From sequence record PZ053912.1: a DNA stretch of 64,000 bases. The stretch is one strand, 5' to 3'. Position numbers and translations under genes: made by a program. Each line of letters begins with the position of its first letter. The stretch's first letter is position 1. This document shows, piece after piece, positions 1-13,095 of the stretch. The notes beneath the pieces were generated by a model. That model had not been told where the DNA came from. It saw only the letters and a list, made by a program, of their open reading frames with translations, and ran no database searches. Source of the stretch: a phage.

Positions 1-115
<115 letters not shown>

Positions 116-116
116 T

Positions 117-752
117 ATGGCAACATACTACAGATTGTATATTACAACATTTGAAACATCCACCGGTATAAAGATTTATGGTGGTAAACACAAATCAGTT
201 TACGAAGACCCTTCAAAAGACCCTTATACTGGGTCTGGCACCTTTATACGAAGGGCCAAAAGAAAATACGGTCCGTCTTGTATAAAAGAAATTATATGGT
301 CTAAGCCATTTGAATCTAAAGCTCTAATGGATGAAGCTGAAGAGTTACTGGTAGATGAATTATCCATTTTAGAAAATTGCGCAAATCTTGTTAAAGGTGG
401 TGCAGGCGGAAGGTCGTATATTAACCCAGAAGATAATCCATCTATAGGACAAAAACGTTCAGCCCAATCTAAAAAGAAAATGTCTGACGCCGCAAAATCA
501 AGAAAATGGACTGAAGAAGGGTTAAGAAAACGTAAAGAATCTACAGCAAGAATGTGGAAAGATTTCAAACATAGACATCCTGATTTTTCTGGTTCAAAAA
601 ATCCAGCAGCTCGAAAAGTTAGTGTAAATGGTAAAATATTTAACACCTGCAAAGAATGTGGTGAAGAATTTAATATCACATCAAGCGCGGTTATAGGCCG
701 ATGCAAAAACAACAAACCTAAATGGGCAGGATGGAATTATGTCGACGTATAA
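117..752 (+). CDS. putative Seg-like GIY-YIG family homing endonuclease (211 aa)
   Basis: Degenerate GIY/YIG-like N-terminus (YYRLY...IKIYGGKH), RRAKRKYG and NLVKGGAGG motifs, basic S/K-rich linker ([21 protein letters not shown]), C-terminal CxxC...C cluster; sits between genes 13 and 14, which are adjacent in T4; 3' end overlaps gene 14 start. Confidence 0.55.
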   Translation: MATYYRLYITTFETSTGIKIYGGKHKSVYEDPSKDPYTGSGTFIRRAKRKYGPSCIKEIIWSKPFESKALMDEAEELLVDELSILENCANLVKGGAGGRSYINPEDNPSIGQKRSAQSKKKMSDAAKSRKWTEEGLRKRKESTARMWKDFKHRHPDFSGSKNPAARKVSVNGKIFNTCKECGEEFNITSSAVIGRCKNNKPKWAGWNYVDV

Positions 753-1503
753 TTCAAATTTATTTGCAAAGTTAGAAAACCGAGAAGGCTATTCTAAAAC
801 TAATGAAACCGAGATTTTAAACAAATACGTGAACTTCAACAAATACGAAAATAGTCAAACCCTAGCTGATGTTCTAGTGGCAGAAAGCATACAGATGCGC
901 GGTATTGAATGTTTTTATGTTCCACGTGAATATGTTGCCGTGGACCTTATCTTTGGTGAGGACCTTAAAAATAAATTTACTAAAGCATGGAAATTTGCTG
1001 CATATCTGAACTCTTTTGAAGGTTATGAAGGAGCGAAATCCTTCTTCAGCAACTTCGGAATGCAAGTTCAAGACGAAGTTACATTATCTATTAACCCGGG
1101 TCTTTTCAAACACCAGGTCAACAATCAGGAGCCCAAGGAAGGTGATTTAATATACTTCCCAATGGACAATAGTTTGTTTGAGATTAACTGGGTTGAACCA
1201 TATGACCCATTCTATCAAGTAGGTAAAAATGCGATTCGTAAAATTACTGCAGGCAAGTTTATTTACTCTGGCGAAGAAATCAATCCGGTGCTTCAGAAAA
1301 ATGAAGGTATCAATATACCTGAATTTAGTGACTTGGAACTTAACCCTGTTAGAAATCTTGACGGTATCCATGACATTAATATCGATGAATATTCTGAAGT
1401 TGAGCAAATCAATTCAGAGGCAAGTGAATACGTTGAGCCGTATGTAGTAGTTAACAACCGTGGTAGACAAAATTCACCATTTGACGATGGGTTTATGAAT
1501 TAA
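739..1503 (+). CDS. 14: neck protein gp14
   Basis: 254 aa ORF with AGGA RBS; size and position match T4 gp14; followed by gp15. Confidence 0.85.
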   Translation: MSTYNSNLFAKLENREGYSKTNETEILNKYVNFNKYENSQTLADVLVAESIQMRGIECFYVPREYVAVDLIFGEDLKNKFTKAWKFAAYLNSFEGYEGAKSFFSNFGMQVQDEVTLSINPGLFKHQVNNQEPKEGDLIYFPMDNSLFEINWVEPYDPFYQVGKNAIRKITAGKFIYSGEEINPVLQKNEGINIPEFSDLELNPVRNLDGIHDINIDEYSEVEQINSEASEYVEPYVVVNNRGRQNSPFDDGFMN

Positions 1504-1552
1504 TAAATAGATAAGATAAAGCAAACACCGGTCGAAAGGCCGGTTAGGAGAA

Positions 1553-2377
1553 ATGATGTTTGGCTATTTTTACAACTCGTCGTTCAGGCGATATATCACA
1601 ATGATGGGCGATTTGTTTTCAAATATCCAAGTTAACCGTCAATTGTCTACAGGCAATAAATTAATTAGAGTTCCTATTACGTATGCATCTAAAGAGCACT
1701 TTATGATGAAACTTAATAAATGGACCTCTATAAACTCACAAGAAGATGTGGCTAAAGTCGAAACTATTCTACCACGTATAAATCTCCAAATGGTAGATTT
1801 CGTTTATAACCCGACGTTTAAAACGAATATATTGAATAACTCTCTTTTGAGTAAATCGACTAAGGATATTGTAGACCAATACAACCCATCACCAATTAAA
1901 ATGATTTTTGAACTGAGCATCTTTACTCGTTATGAAGATGATATGTTCCAAATCGTTGAGCAAATTATTCCATATTTTCAGCCGCATTTTAATACGACTA
2001 TGATTGAGCAATATGGGCAGGATATTCCATTTGAAAGGGATATTAAAGTCGTATGGATGGCAGCAGCAATGGATGAACAAATAGACGGTGATAATTTATC
2101 CCGTCGACGTTTAGAGTGGTCATTAACATTTGAAGTAAATGGATGGATGTATCCTCCGGTAGGCGCAGCTGAAGGCCTTATTAAAACGACTTATCTTGAT
2201 TTTCATGCTAATGAGCGAGACCTTCAAACAGCCGCCAGTGTTTTTGAATCAGTTGATACAGAAATTAAACCGAGAGACGTTGAAGCACAAGATTGGAATG
2301 GTGAAGTTGAACAAACTTATACTCATGATATTCCAATCCCGACTCCACCAACCCCTCCTGGTCCTAGAAAACAATAA
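1553..2377 (+). CDS. 15: tail sheath stabiliser / tail completion protein gp15
   Basis: 274 aa; N-terminus MFGYFYNSSFRRY and overall sequence match remembered T4 gp15; GGAG RBS. Confidence 0.9.
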   Translation: MMFGYFYNSSFRRYITMMGDLFSNIQVNRQLSTGNKLIRVPITYASKEHFMMKLNKWTSINSQEDVAKVETILPRINLQMVDFVYNPTFKTNILNNSLLSKSTKDIVDQYNPSPIKMIFELSIFTRYEDDMFQIVEQIIPYFQPHFNTTMIEQYGQDIPFERDIKVVWMAAAMDEQIDGDNLSRRRLEWSLTFEVNGWMYPPVGAAEGLIKTTYLDFHANERDLQTAASVFESVDTEIKPRDVEAQDWNGEVEQTYTHDIPIPTPPTPPGPRKQ

Positions 2378-4703
<2,326 letters not shown>

Positions 4704-4730
4704 AAATAAAGCAAATTAAGAGGAATTAAA

Positions 4731-6713
4731 ATGGCACTTCTCTCTCCGGGCGTTGAGCTCAAAGAAACTACCGTACAGAGTACTGTAGTTAATAACTCCA
4801 CTGGTACTGCTGCCCTGGCTGGAAAATTCCAATGGGGACCTGCATTCCAGATTAAACAAATCACTGATGAAGTTGCATTAGTTGATATGTTTGGTACTCC
4901 TAATACGGATACAGCAGATTATTTCATGTCTGCTATGAACTTCCTTCAATATGGTAATGACCTTCGTGTTGTACGCGCAGTTGACCGTGATACTGCTAAG
5001 AACTCATCTCCTGTAGCAGGCAATATTGAATTCACAATCTCTGCTGCTGGTAGTAACTATGCAGTTGGTGATAAAATTATCGTTAAGTATTTGACCGAAA
5101 CTGTCGAAGCAGATGGTTATGTCACTTCAGTTGATGTCGATGGTAAAATTCTTAACATTTATATCCCGACCGGTAAAATTATTGCTCGTGCAAAAGAAAT
5201 TAACGAATATCCGGCATTGGGTTCTAACTGGACCGCCGAAGTTGCCAGTTCTTCTTCTGGACTCTCTGGCGTTATTACAATTGGTTCTATCGTAACCGAT
5301 TCCGGTATTCTGTTAACTGAAGTTGAAACTTCTGAAGAAGCTATTACTTCTCTAACTTTCCAAGAATCTATTAAAAAATATGGCGTCCCAGGCGTAGTTG
5401 CTCTTTATCCTGGTGAACTTGGCGACCAGCTCGAAATTGAAATCGTATCTAAAGCAGACTACGACAAAGGTGCTTCAGCCCAGTTAAAAATTTATCCTGA
5501 TGGTGGTACTCGCGCATCTACTGCTAAAGCAATATTTGGGTATGGCCCACAAACTGATGACCAATATGCAATTATCGTTCGTCGTAACGATGCTGTAGTC
5601 CAGAGTGTAGTTCTTTCTACTAAACGCGGTGAACGCGATATTTATGGTAGTAATATCTTTATTGATGATTTCTTTGCTAAAGGCGCAAGCAATTATATTT
5701 TCGCTACTGCACAAGGTTGGCCAAAAGGTTTCTCTGGCGTAATCAAACTGGGTGGTGGCTTATCATCTAATGAAACGGTTGACGCTGGTGATTTAATGGA
5801 AGCTTGGGATTTGTTTGCTGACCGCGAATCTGTTAATGCGCAGTTGTTTATTGCCGGTTCTTGTGCAGGTGAATCTTTAGAAGTTGCTTCTACAGTTCAG
5901 AAACATGTTGTAGCAATTGGTGATTCTCGCCAAGATTGCTTGGTTCTTTGCTCACCGCCACGTGCAACTATAGTCGGTATTCCTGTTAATCGTGCAGTTG
6001 ATAATCTGGTTGATTGGCGTACTGCGTCAGGAACTTACACTGATAATAACTTTAATGTAAGTTCTACTTATGCTGCTATTGACGGTAACTATAAATATCA
6101 ATATGACAAATATAATGACGTGAATCGTTGGGTTCCATTAGCTGCTGATATTGCTGGTCTTTGTGCTCGCACAGACAATATTTCTCAGCCTTGGATGTCT
6201 CCTGCCGGTTATAACCGTGGACAGATTCTTAACGTTATTAAGCTTGCAATTGAAACTCGTCAACCACAGCGTGATCGTTTGTATCAGGAAGCTATTAACC
6301 CTGTTACTGGTACAGGTGGTGATGGGTATGTTCTGTATGGTGATAAAACTGCCACTTCTGTTCCTTCACCATTTGACCGTATTAACGTTCGTCGTTTGTT
6401 CAATATGGTTAAAACGAACATTGGTTCAGCATCTAAATATCGCCTGTTTGAATTGAACAACGCATTTACCCGTTCTTCTTTCCGTACAGAGACTTCTCAA
6501 TATCTACAGGGTATTAAAGCTCTCGGTGGTGTATATAACTTTAAAGTTGTTTGTGATACTACCAATAACACGCCAGCAGTTATCGACCGTAATGAATTTG
6601 TAGCTACTTTCTACTTACAACCTGCCCGCTCGATAAATTATATTACGTTGAACTTTGTAGCAACAGCAACTGGTGCCGATTTCGACGAACTGATTGGTGC
6701 TGTAGGTGGTTAA
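4731..6713 (+). CDS. 18: tail sheath protein gp18
   Basis: 660 aa (T4 gp18 659 aa); starts MALLSPGVELKETT; preceded by TATAAATA late promoter. Confidence 0.95.
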   Translation: MALLSPGVELKETTVQSTVVNNSTGTAALAGKFQWGPAFQIKQITDEVALVDMFGTPNTDTADYFMSAMNFLQYGNDLRVVRAVDRDTAKNSSPVAGNIEFTISAAGSNYAVGDKIIVKYLTETVEADGYVTSVDVDGKILNIYIPTGKIIARAKEINEYPALGSNWTAEVASSSSGLSGVITIGSIVTDSGILLTEVETSEEAITSLTFQESIKKYGVPGVVALYPGELGDQLEIEIVSKADYDKGASAQLKIYPDGGTRASTAKAIFGYGPQTDDQYAIIVRRNDAVVQSVVLSTKRGERDIYGSNIFIDDFFAKGASNYIFATAQGWPKGFSGVIKLGGGLSSNETVDAGDLMEAWDLFADRESVNAQLFIAGSCAGESLEVASTVQKHVVAIGDSRQDCLVLCSPPRATIVGIPVNRAVDNLVDWRTASGTYTDNNFNVSSTYAAIDGNYKYQYDKYNDVNRWVPLAADIAGLCARTDNISQPWMSPAGYNRGQILNVIKLAIETRQPQRDRLYQEAINPVTGTGGDGYVLYGDKTATSVPSPFDRINVRRLFNMVKTNIGSASKYRLFELNNAFTRSSFRTETSQYLQGIKALGGVYNFKVVCDTTNNTPAVIDRNEFVATFYLQPARSINYITLNFVATATGADFDELIGAVGG

Positions 6714-6745
6714 TAAGACGCCTGATGGGCTATTTCGGTAGCCCA

Positions 6746-6753
6746 TATAAATA
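6746..6753 (+). promoter_or_regulatory. late promoter (TATAAATA) for gene 19
   Basis: Exact TATAAATA in the 18-19 intergenic region. Confidence 0.6.
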
Positions 6754-6825
6754 TACTATATCATTTAAAAATTAATTCTATGGGCATCAGGTTAATCCTA
6801 AGCCCATATTACTACAGAGGCTAAT

Positions 6826-7317
6826 ATGTTTGTAGATGACGTAACTCGTGCCTTCGAATCCGGTGATTTCGCTCGCCCTAACCTGTTCGAAGTAGAAATC
6901 TCTTATCTTGGGCAAAACTTTAGCTTCCAGTGTCGTGCTACGGCTCTTCCTGCTGCGATCGTTGAAAAGGTTCCTGTTTCTTATATGAACCGTAAAATTA
7001 ACGTTGCTGGTGATCGTACATTCGATGATTGGACTATTACAGTAATGAACGATGATGCTCATAGCATTCGTCAGAAATTTGTTGATTGGCAAGGTATTGC
7101 AGCAGGACAAGGTAATGAAATTACCGGTGGTAAACCTGCTGAATATAAAAAGTCTGCTATCGTTCGTCAATTTGCTCGTGATGCTAAAACGGTCACTAAA
7201 GAAGTTGAAATTGTCGGCTTGTGGCCTACTAACGTTGGTGAAGTATCTCTTGATTGGGATTCTAATAACGAGATTGAAACGTTCGAAGTAACTCTTGCTC
7301 TTGATTGGTGGGAATAA
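6826..7317 (+). CDS. 19: tail tube protein gp19
   Basis: 163 aa; starts MFVDDVTRAFESGDFARPNLFEVEI; synteny between 18 and 20. Confidence 0.95.
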   Translation: MFVDDVTRAFESGDFARPNLFEVEISYLGQNFSFQCRATALPAAIVEKVPVSYMNRKINVAGDRTFDDWTITVMNDDAHSIRQKFVDWQGIAAGQGNEITGGKPAEYKKSAIVRQFARDAKTVTKEVEIVGLWPTNVGEVSLDWDSNNEIETFEVTLALDWWE

Positions 7318-7365
7318 TCTGGTTGGGGAGAAATCCCCAGCTTCCCGTGATGACGGAGAAGTCCA

Positions 7366-7373
7366 TATAAATA
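7366..7373 (+). promoter_or_regulatory. late promoter (TATAAATA) for gene 20
   Basis: Exact TATAAATA about 29 nt upstream of gene 20 ATG. Confidence 0.65.
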
Positions 7374-7401
7374 TAACTATAATTCCCATTCGGAGAATAC
7401 A

Positions 7402-8973
7402 ATGAAATTTAATATCTTAAGTTTGTTTGCTCCATGGGCAAAAATGGACGAACGTGATTACAAAGACCAAGAAAAAGAAAATTTAGAATCTATCACCACA
7501 CCAAAATTAGACGATGGTGCTAAAGAATACGAAGTATCTGAAAATGAAGCACAGCAAACATATAATGCTATGTTTCAGAGAATGTTTGGTAGTCAAGAAC
7601 CAGGGCTCAAATCAACCCGTGAATTAATCGATACGTATCGAAATTTGATGACGAACTATGAAGTGGATAACGCGGTCTCTGAAATAGTTTCTGATGCTAT
7701 AGTGTATGAAGATGATACGGAAGTCGTTTCTATAAATTTAGACAACACAAAATTTAGTCCAAATATCAAATCAATGATGTTGGATGAATTTAACGAAGTG
7801 TTAAATCATTTATCTTTCCAACGTAAAGGTTCAGACCATTTTAGACGTTGGTACGTAGATTCTCGAATTTTCTTCCATAAAATTATTGACCCTAAACGCC
7901 CTAAAGAAGGTATTAAAGAGCTTCGTCGTTTAGACCCACGCCAAGTTCAATATGTCCGTGAAGTTATTACAACCACTGAAGCCGGTGTTAAAATAGTCAA
8001 GGGTTATAAAGAATATTTCATTTATGACACATCACACGAATCTTATGCTTGTGATGGTCGCATATATGAAGCTGGCACAAAAATAAAAATCCCTAAAGCC
8101 GCTATTGTTTATGCCCATTCTGGTTTAGTTGATTGTTGTGGTAAAAATATCATCGGTTATTTGCATCGGGCTATTAAGCCAGCGAACCAATTAAAACTTC
8201 TTGAAGATGCTGTCGTAATTTATCGTATTACTCGTGCTCCCGATCGTCGTGTATGGTACGTTGATACAGGTAATATGCCTTCAAGAAAAGCAGCAGAACA
8301 TATGCAACATGTTATGAATACGATGAAAAACCGTATTGCATATGATGCTACTACAGGCAAGATTAAAAACCAGCAGCATATTATGTCGATGACCGAAGAT
8401 TATTGGTTACAACGACGTGATGGTAAAGCAGTAACAGAAGTTGATACATTACCAGGTGCAGATAATACTGGAAATATGGAAGATGTACGTTGGTTCCGTA
8501 ATGCGCTTTATATGGCTTTACGTATTCCTATTACCCGTATTCCAAGTGACCAAGGTGGTATACAGTTTGATGCTGGTACTTCTATTACACGAGATGAATT
8601 GTCGTTTGGTAAATTTATTCGTGAGCTGCAACATAAATTTGAAGAGATATTCCTAGACCCGCTTAAAACTAATTTAATTCTTAAAGGAATTATTACAGAA
8701 GATGAGTGGAATGATGAAATAAATAATATTAAGATAAAATTTCATCGGGATAGTTATTTCTCGGAATTAAAGGATGCTGAGATTCTGGAGCGCCGCATTA
8801 ATATGCTTCAGATGGCCGAACCATTTATTGGTAAATATATTTCTCACAGAACAGCTATGAAAGATATTCTTCAGATGTCTGACGAGGAAATTGAACAAGA
8901 GGCTAAGCAAATTGAAGAAGAGTCGAAAGAGGCTCGTTTCCAAGACCCCGACCAAGAACAAGAGGATTTTTAA
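7402..8973 (+). CDS. 20: portal vertex protein gp20
   Basis: 523 aa; near-identical to remembered T4 gp20 ([18 protein letters not shown]...); late promoter upstream. Confidence 0.95.
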   Translation: MKFNILSLFAPWAKMDERDYKDQEKENLESITTPKLDDGAKEYEVSENEAQQTYNAMFQRMFGSQEPGLKSTRELIDTYRNLMTNYEVDNAVSEIVSDAIVYEDDTEVVSINLDNTKFSPNIKSMMLDEFNEVLNHLSFQRKGSDHFRRWYVDSRIFFHKIIDPKRPKEGIKELRRLDPRQVQYVREVITTTEAGVKIVKGYKEYFIYDTSHESYACDGRIYEAGTKIKIPKAAIVYAHSGLVDCCGKNIIGYLHRAIKPANQLKLLEDAVVIYRITRAPDRRVWYVDTGNMPSRKAAEHMQHVMNTMKNRIAYDATTGKIKNQQHIMSMTEDYWLQRRDGKAVTEVDTLPGADNTGNMEDVRWFRNALYMALRIPITRIPSDQGGIQFDAGTSITRDELSFGKFIRELQHKFEEIFLDPLKTNLILKGIITEDEWNDEINNIKIKFHRDSYFSELKDAEILERRINMLQMAEPFIGKYISHRTAMKDILQMSDEEIEQEAKQIEEESKEARFQDPDQEQEDF

Positions 8974-9209
8974 TGGACGATTTAATTCAAGCTATTAAAT
9001 CAAACGACCTCGTTGCTACTCGAAAGTTTTTTGAAAGTGCAATGGCAGAAAAAACGGTTCGTTTGATTGAAGCACGCAAAGCAGAAATCGCTTCTCAATT
9101 TTTAATTGAAGGCGAAGAACCTGAAGAAGAAAAGAAAGCTAAAGCTTCGGAAGACGACGCTGATGAAGGCGATGACGACGAAGACGAAGATGATGAGGAC
9201 GATGAATAA
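8973..9209 (+). CDS. 67: prohead core protein gp67
   Basis: 78 aa with acidic D/E-rich C-terminus; position between 20 and 68 as in T4. Confidence 0.8.
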   Translation: MDDLIQAIKSNDLVATRKFFESAMAEKTVRLIEARKAEIASQFLIEGEEPEEEKKAKASEDDADEGDDDEDEDDEDDE

Positions 9210-9634
9210 TGTATCTTATCCCTGAATCTTATGAATTGGTACTCGAAAATGTCGAAGCACTTATTCCTGAAGCACAGGGCCGAATCGATGCATTGTCTTC
9301 TGCTCTCGATATTGACGATATAAATACTATTATCGAGAACATGCTTGAAACTGAAACGGATTTAGCTGTTGCAATGGCTTCCATTATTAATGAAGAACAG
9401 TTAAATGAGTTTATCGTTAAACATGTTTCTTCTCGTGGTGAAGTCACCCGCACTAAAGACCGTAAAACTCGTGAACGTAACGCGTTCCAAACCACTGGTC
9501 TTTCTAAAGCAAAACGTAGACAAATCGCTCGTAAGGTCGTTAAAGCTAAAAAAGCTAACCCTTCAGGCCAAGTTAAAGGCTTGCGTAAGCGTAAAAAGGC
9601 TCTTAAACGTCGTAAAGCATTAGGATTAAGCTAA
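9209..9634 (+). CDS. 68: prohead core protein gp68
   Basis: 141 aa, basic C-terminus; ATGA-type overlap with flanking genes; T4 synteny. Confidence 0.8.
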   Translation: MYLIPESYELVLENVEALIPEAQGRIDALSSALDIDDINTIIENMLETETDLAVAMASIINEEQLNEFIVKHVSSRGEVTRTKDRKTRERNAFQTTGLSKAKRRQIARKVVKAKKANPSGQVKGLRKRKKALKRRKALGLS

Positions 9635-10275
9635 TGAATAAACCCGAGTTACTTATTGAAACTTGGGGTCAACCCGGTGAGATTATTGATGGCGTTCCAA
9701 TGTTGGAATCTCATGATGGAAAAGATTCTGGCTTAAAACCAGGGCTTTATATAGAAGGTATTTTTCTTCAGGCAGAGGTTGTTAACCGAAATAAACGTTT
9801 ATATCCTAAACGCGTTTTGGAAAAAGCAGTAAGTGACTATATTAAAGAACAAGTCGCAACCAAACAAGCCCTTGGAGAATTAAACCATCCACCTCGTGCA
9901 AATGTTGACCCTATGCAAGCCGCTATCATTATTGAAGATATGTGGTGGAAAGGAAACGATGTATATGGACGTGCTAGAATTATTGAAGGCGACCATGGTC
10001 CCGGCGATAAATTAGCTGCTAATATACGAGCTGGTTGGATTCCAGGTGTTTCCTCTCGTGGTCTTGGTTCTTTAACCGACACCAATAAAGGGTACCGTAT
10101 CGTGAACGAAGGATTTAAATTAACCGTCGGCGTAGATGCCGTATGGGGACCTTCTGCTCCAGATGCTTGGGTTACTCCTAAACAAATATCAGAATCAGAA
10201 AATTCGGTGGAAACCACCAAAAACAGTGCTGATGAAGCATTTAAAGCTCTCGCAGAGAGTTTAAAAGCATTATAA
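9634..10275 (+). CDS. 21: prohead core scaffold protein and protease gp21
   Basis: 213 aa; sequence matches remembered T4 gp21 (LLIETWG..PGEIIDGVPMLESHDGKD). Confidence 0.95.
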   Translation: MNKPELLIETWGQPGEIIDGVPMLESHDGKDSGLKPGLYIEGIFLQAEVVNRNKRLYPKRVLEKAVSDYIKEQVATKQALGELNHPPRANVDPMQAAIIIEDMWWKGNDVYGRARIIEGDHGPGDKLAANIRAGWIPGVSSRGLGSLTDTNKGYRIVNEGFKLTVGVDAVWGPSAPDAWVTPKQISESENSVETTKNSADEAFKALAESLKAL

Positions 10276-10278
10276 ATA
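10271..10278 (+). promoter_or_regulatory. late promoter (TATAAATA) for gene 22
   Basis: Exact TATAAATA about 31 nt upstream of gene 22 ATG. Confidence 0.65.
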
Positions 10279-10308
10279 ATAATGTAATCTAAACCACAGG
10301 ACACTAAA

Positions 10309-11121
10309 ATGATCAAAGAACAACTTTTGAAAGAAGCTCAGAACATCGAGACTTCAGTTGCTCTTAATAGTGTTTTCGAATCAGTAGAACTGTCTCCGGA
10401 CGTTAAAGCTAATTTCAGCACTGTATTCGAAGCCACCGTTAAGCAGGAAGCAGTCAAACTGGCTGAATCTCATATCAAAGCCATCGCCGAAAAAGCCGAA
10501 GAAGAAGTTGAAAAGGCTAAAGAAGATGCTGAAGAGAAAGCTGATAAAAAATTGGCTGAACAAGCTTCTAAATTCCTAGACCATCTTGCAAAAGAATGGC
10601 TCGCAGAAAACCAAATCGCAGTTGATAAAGGCATTAAAGCTGATTTGTTCGAATCCATGCTTGGTGGTCTGAAAGAACTGTTTGTTGAACATAACGTTGT
10701 TGTTCCAGAAGAATCTGTAGATGTTGTAGCAGAAATGGAAGAAGAGCTGGCCGAACATAAAGAAGAAACCGCTCGTTTGTTCGAAGAAGTTACCAAACGT
10801 GATGCATATATCAATTACGTTCAGCGTGAAACCGCTATTAATGAAAGCGTAAAAGACCTGACTGAATCTCAGAAAGAAAAAGTTATTGGCCTGGTTGAAG
10901 GTATGGATTATTCTGACGCATTTGGTACTAAGTTAACTGCTATTGTAGAAATGGTTAAAGGTTCTACTAAAGAAGAAGCCGCTATTACCGAAAGTATAAA
11001 TACAGTTGACAATGACGCTGCCGGTCTTAATTTTGTTGCCGAAGCAGTTGACACTACCACAACTCAGGTAGAACAGAATTCTAATGTAAGTTTATATGCG
11101 AAAGTCGCATCTCGTTTCTAA
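10309..11121 (+). CDS. 22: prohead core scaffold protein gp22
   Basis: 270 aa acidic coiled-coil-rich protein; TATAAATA late promoter upstream; T4 synteny. Confidence 0.9.
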   Translation: MIKEQLLKEAQNIETSVALNSVFESVELSPDVKANFSTVFEATVKQEAVKLAESHIKAIAEKAEEEVEKAKEDAEEKADKKLAEQASKFLDHLAKEWLAENQIAVDKGIKADLFESMLGGLKELFVEHNVVVPEESVDVVAEMEEELAEHKEETARLFEEVTKRDAYINYVQRETAINESVKDLTESQKEKVIGLVEGMDYSDAFGTKLTAIVEMVKGSTKEEAAITESINTVDNDAAGLNFVAEAVDTTTTQVEQNSNVSLYAKVASRF

Positions 11122-11138
11122 TTTAAAGGTTAACACAA

Positions 11139-12707
11139 ATGACTACTATCAAAACTAAAGCTCAGCTCGTAGACAAATGGAAAGAACTGCTGGAAGGTGA
11201 AGGCCTGCCGGAAATCGCTAATAGCAAGCAGGCTATTATCGCTAAAATCTTCGAAAACCAGGAAAAAGATTTCGAAGTATCCCCTGAATATAAAGACGAG
11301 AAAATCGCTCAGGCATTTGGTTCTTTCTTGACCGAAGCTGAAATTGGTGGTGACCATGGTTATAATGCTCAGAACATCGCAGCAGGTCAAACCTCTGGTG
11401 CAGTAACCCAAATTGGGCCGGCAGTTATGGGTATGGTTCGTCGTGCTATTCCTAATCTGATCGCTTTTGATATTTGTGGTGTTCAGCCTATGAACAGCCC
11501 GACCGGTCAGGTATTTGCTCTCCGCGCAGTATATGGTAAAGACCCTATCGCTGCTGGCGCTAAAGAAGCTTTCCATCCGATGTATGCCCCAGACGCGATG
11601 TTCTCTGGTCAGGGTGCTGCTAAGAAATTCCCAGCTCTGGCTGCTGACACTACTACTGTTGTAGGTGATATCTATACTCACTTCTTCCAAGAAACTGGTA
11701 CTGTATATCTGCAAGCTTCTGCTATCGTAACACTTGATTCTGGTGCAACTGATGCAGCTAAATTAGATGCAGAAGTTAAGAAACAAATGGAAGCTGGTGC
11801 ACTGGTAGAAATCGCTGAAGGTATGGCTACTTCTATCGCTGAACTCCAGGAAGGTTTCAACGGTTCTACCGATAACCCATGGAATGAAATGGGCTTCCGT
11901 ATCGATAAACAAGTTATTGAAGCTAAATCTCGCCAGCTGAAAGCTGCTTACTCTATCGAATTAGCACAAGACCTTCGTGCAGTACACGGTATGGATGCTG
12001 ATGCTGAACTGAGCGGTATTCTGGCTACAGAAATTATGCTAGAAATCAACCGTGAAGTTGTTGATTGGATTAACTACTCTGCACAGGTTGGTAAATCTGG
12101 TATGACCCTGACTCCGGGTTCTAAAGCTGGTGTATTTGACTTCCAGGACCCGATTGATATCCGTGGTGCTCGTTGGGCCGGTGAAAGCTTTAAATCTCTG
12201 TTGTTCCAGATTGATAAAGAAGCAGTTGAAATTGCTCGTCAAACCGGTCGTGGTGAAGGTAACTTCATTATCGCTTCCCGTAACGTAGTTAACGTACTGG
12301 CTTCAGTTGATACTGGTATTTCTTATGCTGCACAGGGTCTGGCTTCTGGTTTTAATACCGACACTACTAAGTCTGTATTTGCCGGTGTACTTGGTGGTAA
12401 ATACCGCGTATACATCGACCAGTATGCTAAACAGGATTACTTCACCGTTGGTTACAAAGGCGCTAACGAAATGGATGCAGGTATTTACTATGCTCCTTAC
12501 GTTGCACTTACCCCACTGCGTGGTTCCGATCCTAAGAACTTCCAGCCGGTAATGGGCTTTAAAACTCGTTACGGTATCGGTGTTAACCCGTTTGCTGAAA
12601 GTTCCCTGCAGGCTCCAGGTGCTCGCATCCAGTCCGGTATGCCGTCTATCCTGAACAGCCTTGGTAAGAACGCTTACTTCCGCCGTGTATATGTAAAAGG
12701 CATCTAA
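11139..12707 (+). CDS. 23: major capsid protein gp23
   Basis: 522 aa; near-identical to remembered T4 gp23 over most of its length; followed by strong hairpin terminator. Confidence 0.98.
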   Translation: MTTIKTKAQLVDKWKELLEGEGLPEIANSKQAIIAKIFENQEKDFEVSPEYKDEKIAQAFGSFLTEAEIGGDHGYNAQNIAAGQTSGAVTQIGPAVMGMVRRAIPNLIAFDICGVQPMNSPTGQVFALRAVYGKDPIAAGAKEAFHPMYAPDAMFSGQGAAKKFPALAADTTTVVGDIYTHFFQETGTVYLQASAIVTLDSGATDAAKLDAEVKKQMEAGALVEIAEGMATSIAELQEGFNGSTDNPWNEMGFRIDKQVIEAKSRQLKAAYSIELAQDLRAVHGMDADAELSGILATEIMLEINREVVDWINYSAQVGKSGMTLTPGSKAGVFDFQDPIDIRGARWAGESFKSLLFQIDKEAVEIARQTGRGEGNFIIASRNVVNVLASVDTGISYAAQGLASGFNTDTTKSVFAGVLGGKYRVYIDQYAKQDYFTVGYKGANEMDAGIYYAPYVALTPLRGSDPKNFQPVMGFKTRYGIGVNPFAESSLQAPGARIQSGMPSILNSLGKNAYFRRVYVKGI

Positions 12708-12730
12708 TCTTAATTGATTAAATCTTATTT

Positions 12731-12755
12731 TGGGAGACTTCGGTCTCCCATTTTT
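12731..12755. terminator. bidirectional intrinsic terminator (UUCG-loop hairpin) after gene 23
   Basis: tgggagacTTCGgtctccca palindrome followed by TTTTT; A/T runs on both sides. Confidence 0.75.
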
Positions 12756-12759
12756 GGTT

Positions 12760-13029
12760 TTATTTCTGTGCAATTTCGATGTAAGTTTTCAAAATATTTT
12801 GCCAATTAGGCATACCTTCTTGGACATATGCTAGAGAACCGTCTTTGTTTTTGAATGATGCAAGTTTATCAGTGGCCCAATAACCTTTAGCTCGAGCTTC
12901 AGAATCAACTTTCATCCATACTTTGTTGAAGGCATTACCATTAACTTTTGCACCATATTTTTCTACTAACTTAACTGCTTCAGCTTCTAGAACTTTTAAA
13001 GTATCTCGTAAGAAACGTGCTTTAGTCAT
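12760..13029 (-). CDS. hypothetical protein (89 aa), antisense to the late capsid genes
   Basis: ORF on minus strand with GAGGAG RBS, early-promoter-like motif upstream and hairpin terminator downstream; no recognisable domain. Confidence 0.6.
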   Translation of the reverse strand: MTKARFLRDTLKVLEAEAVKLVEKYGAKVNGNAFNKVWMKVDSEARAKGYWATDKLASFKNKDGSLAYVQEGMPNWQNILKTYIEIAQK

Positions 13030-13059
13030 TTTGTTTACTCCTCTGTAGTTGATAAGTCT

Positions 13060-13089
13060 ATAGTATCACATACCAAATACGTTGTAAAC
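13060..13089 (-). promoter_or_regulatory. early-type promoter (GTTTAC-N18-TGnTACTAT) for antisense 89-aa gene
   Basis: Minus strand GTTTAC, 18 nt spacer, TGaTACTAT, about 30 nt upstream of the ORF start. Confidence 0.5.
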
Positions 13090-13095
13090 AATCTT

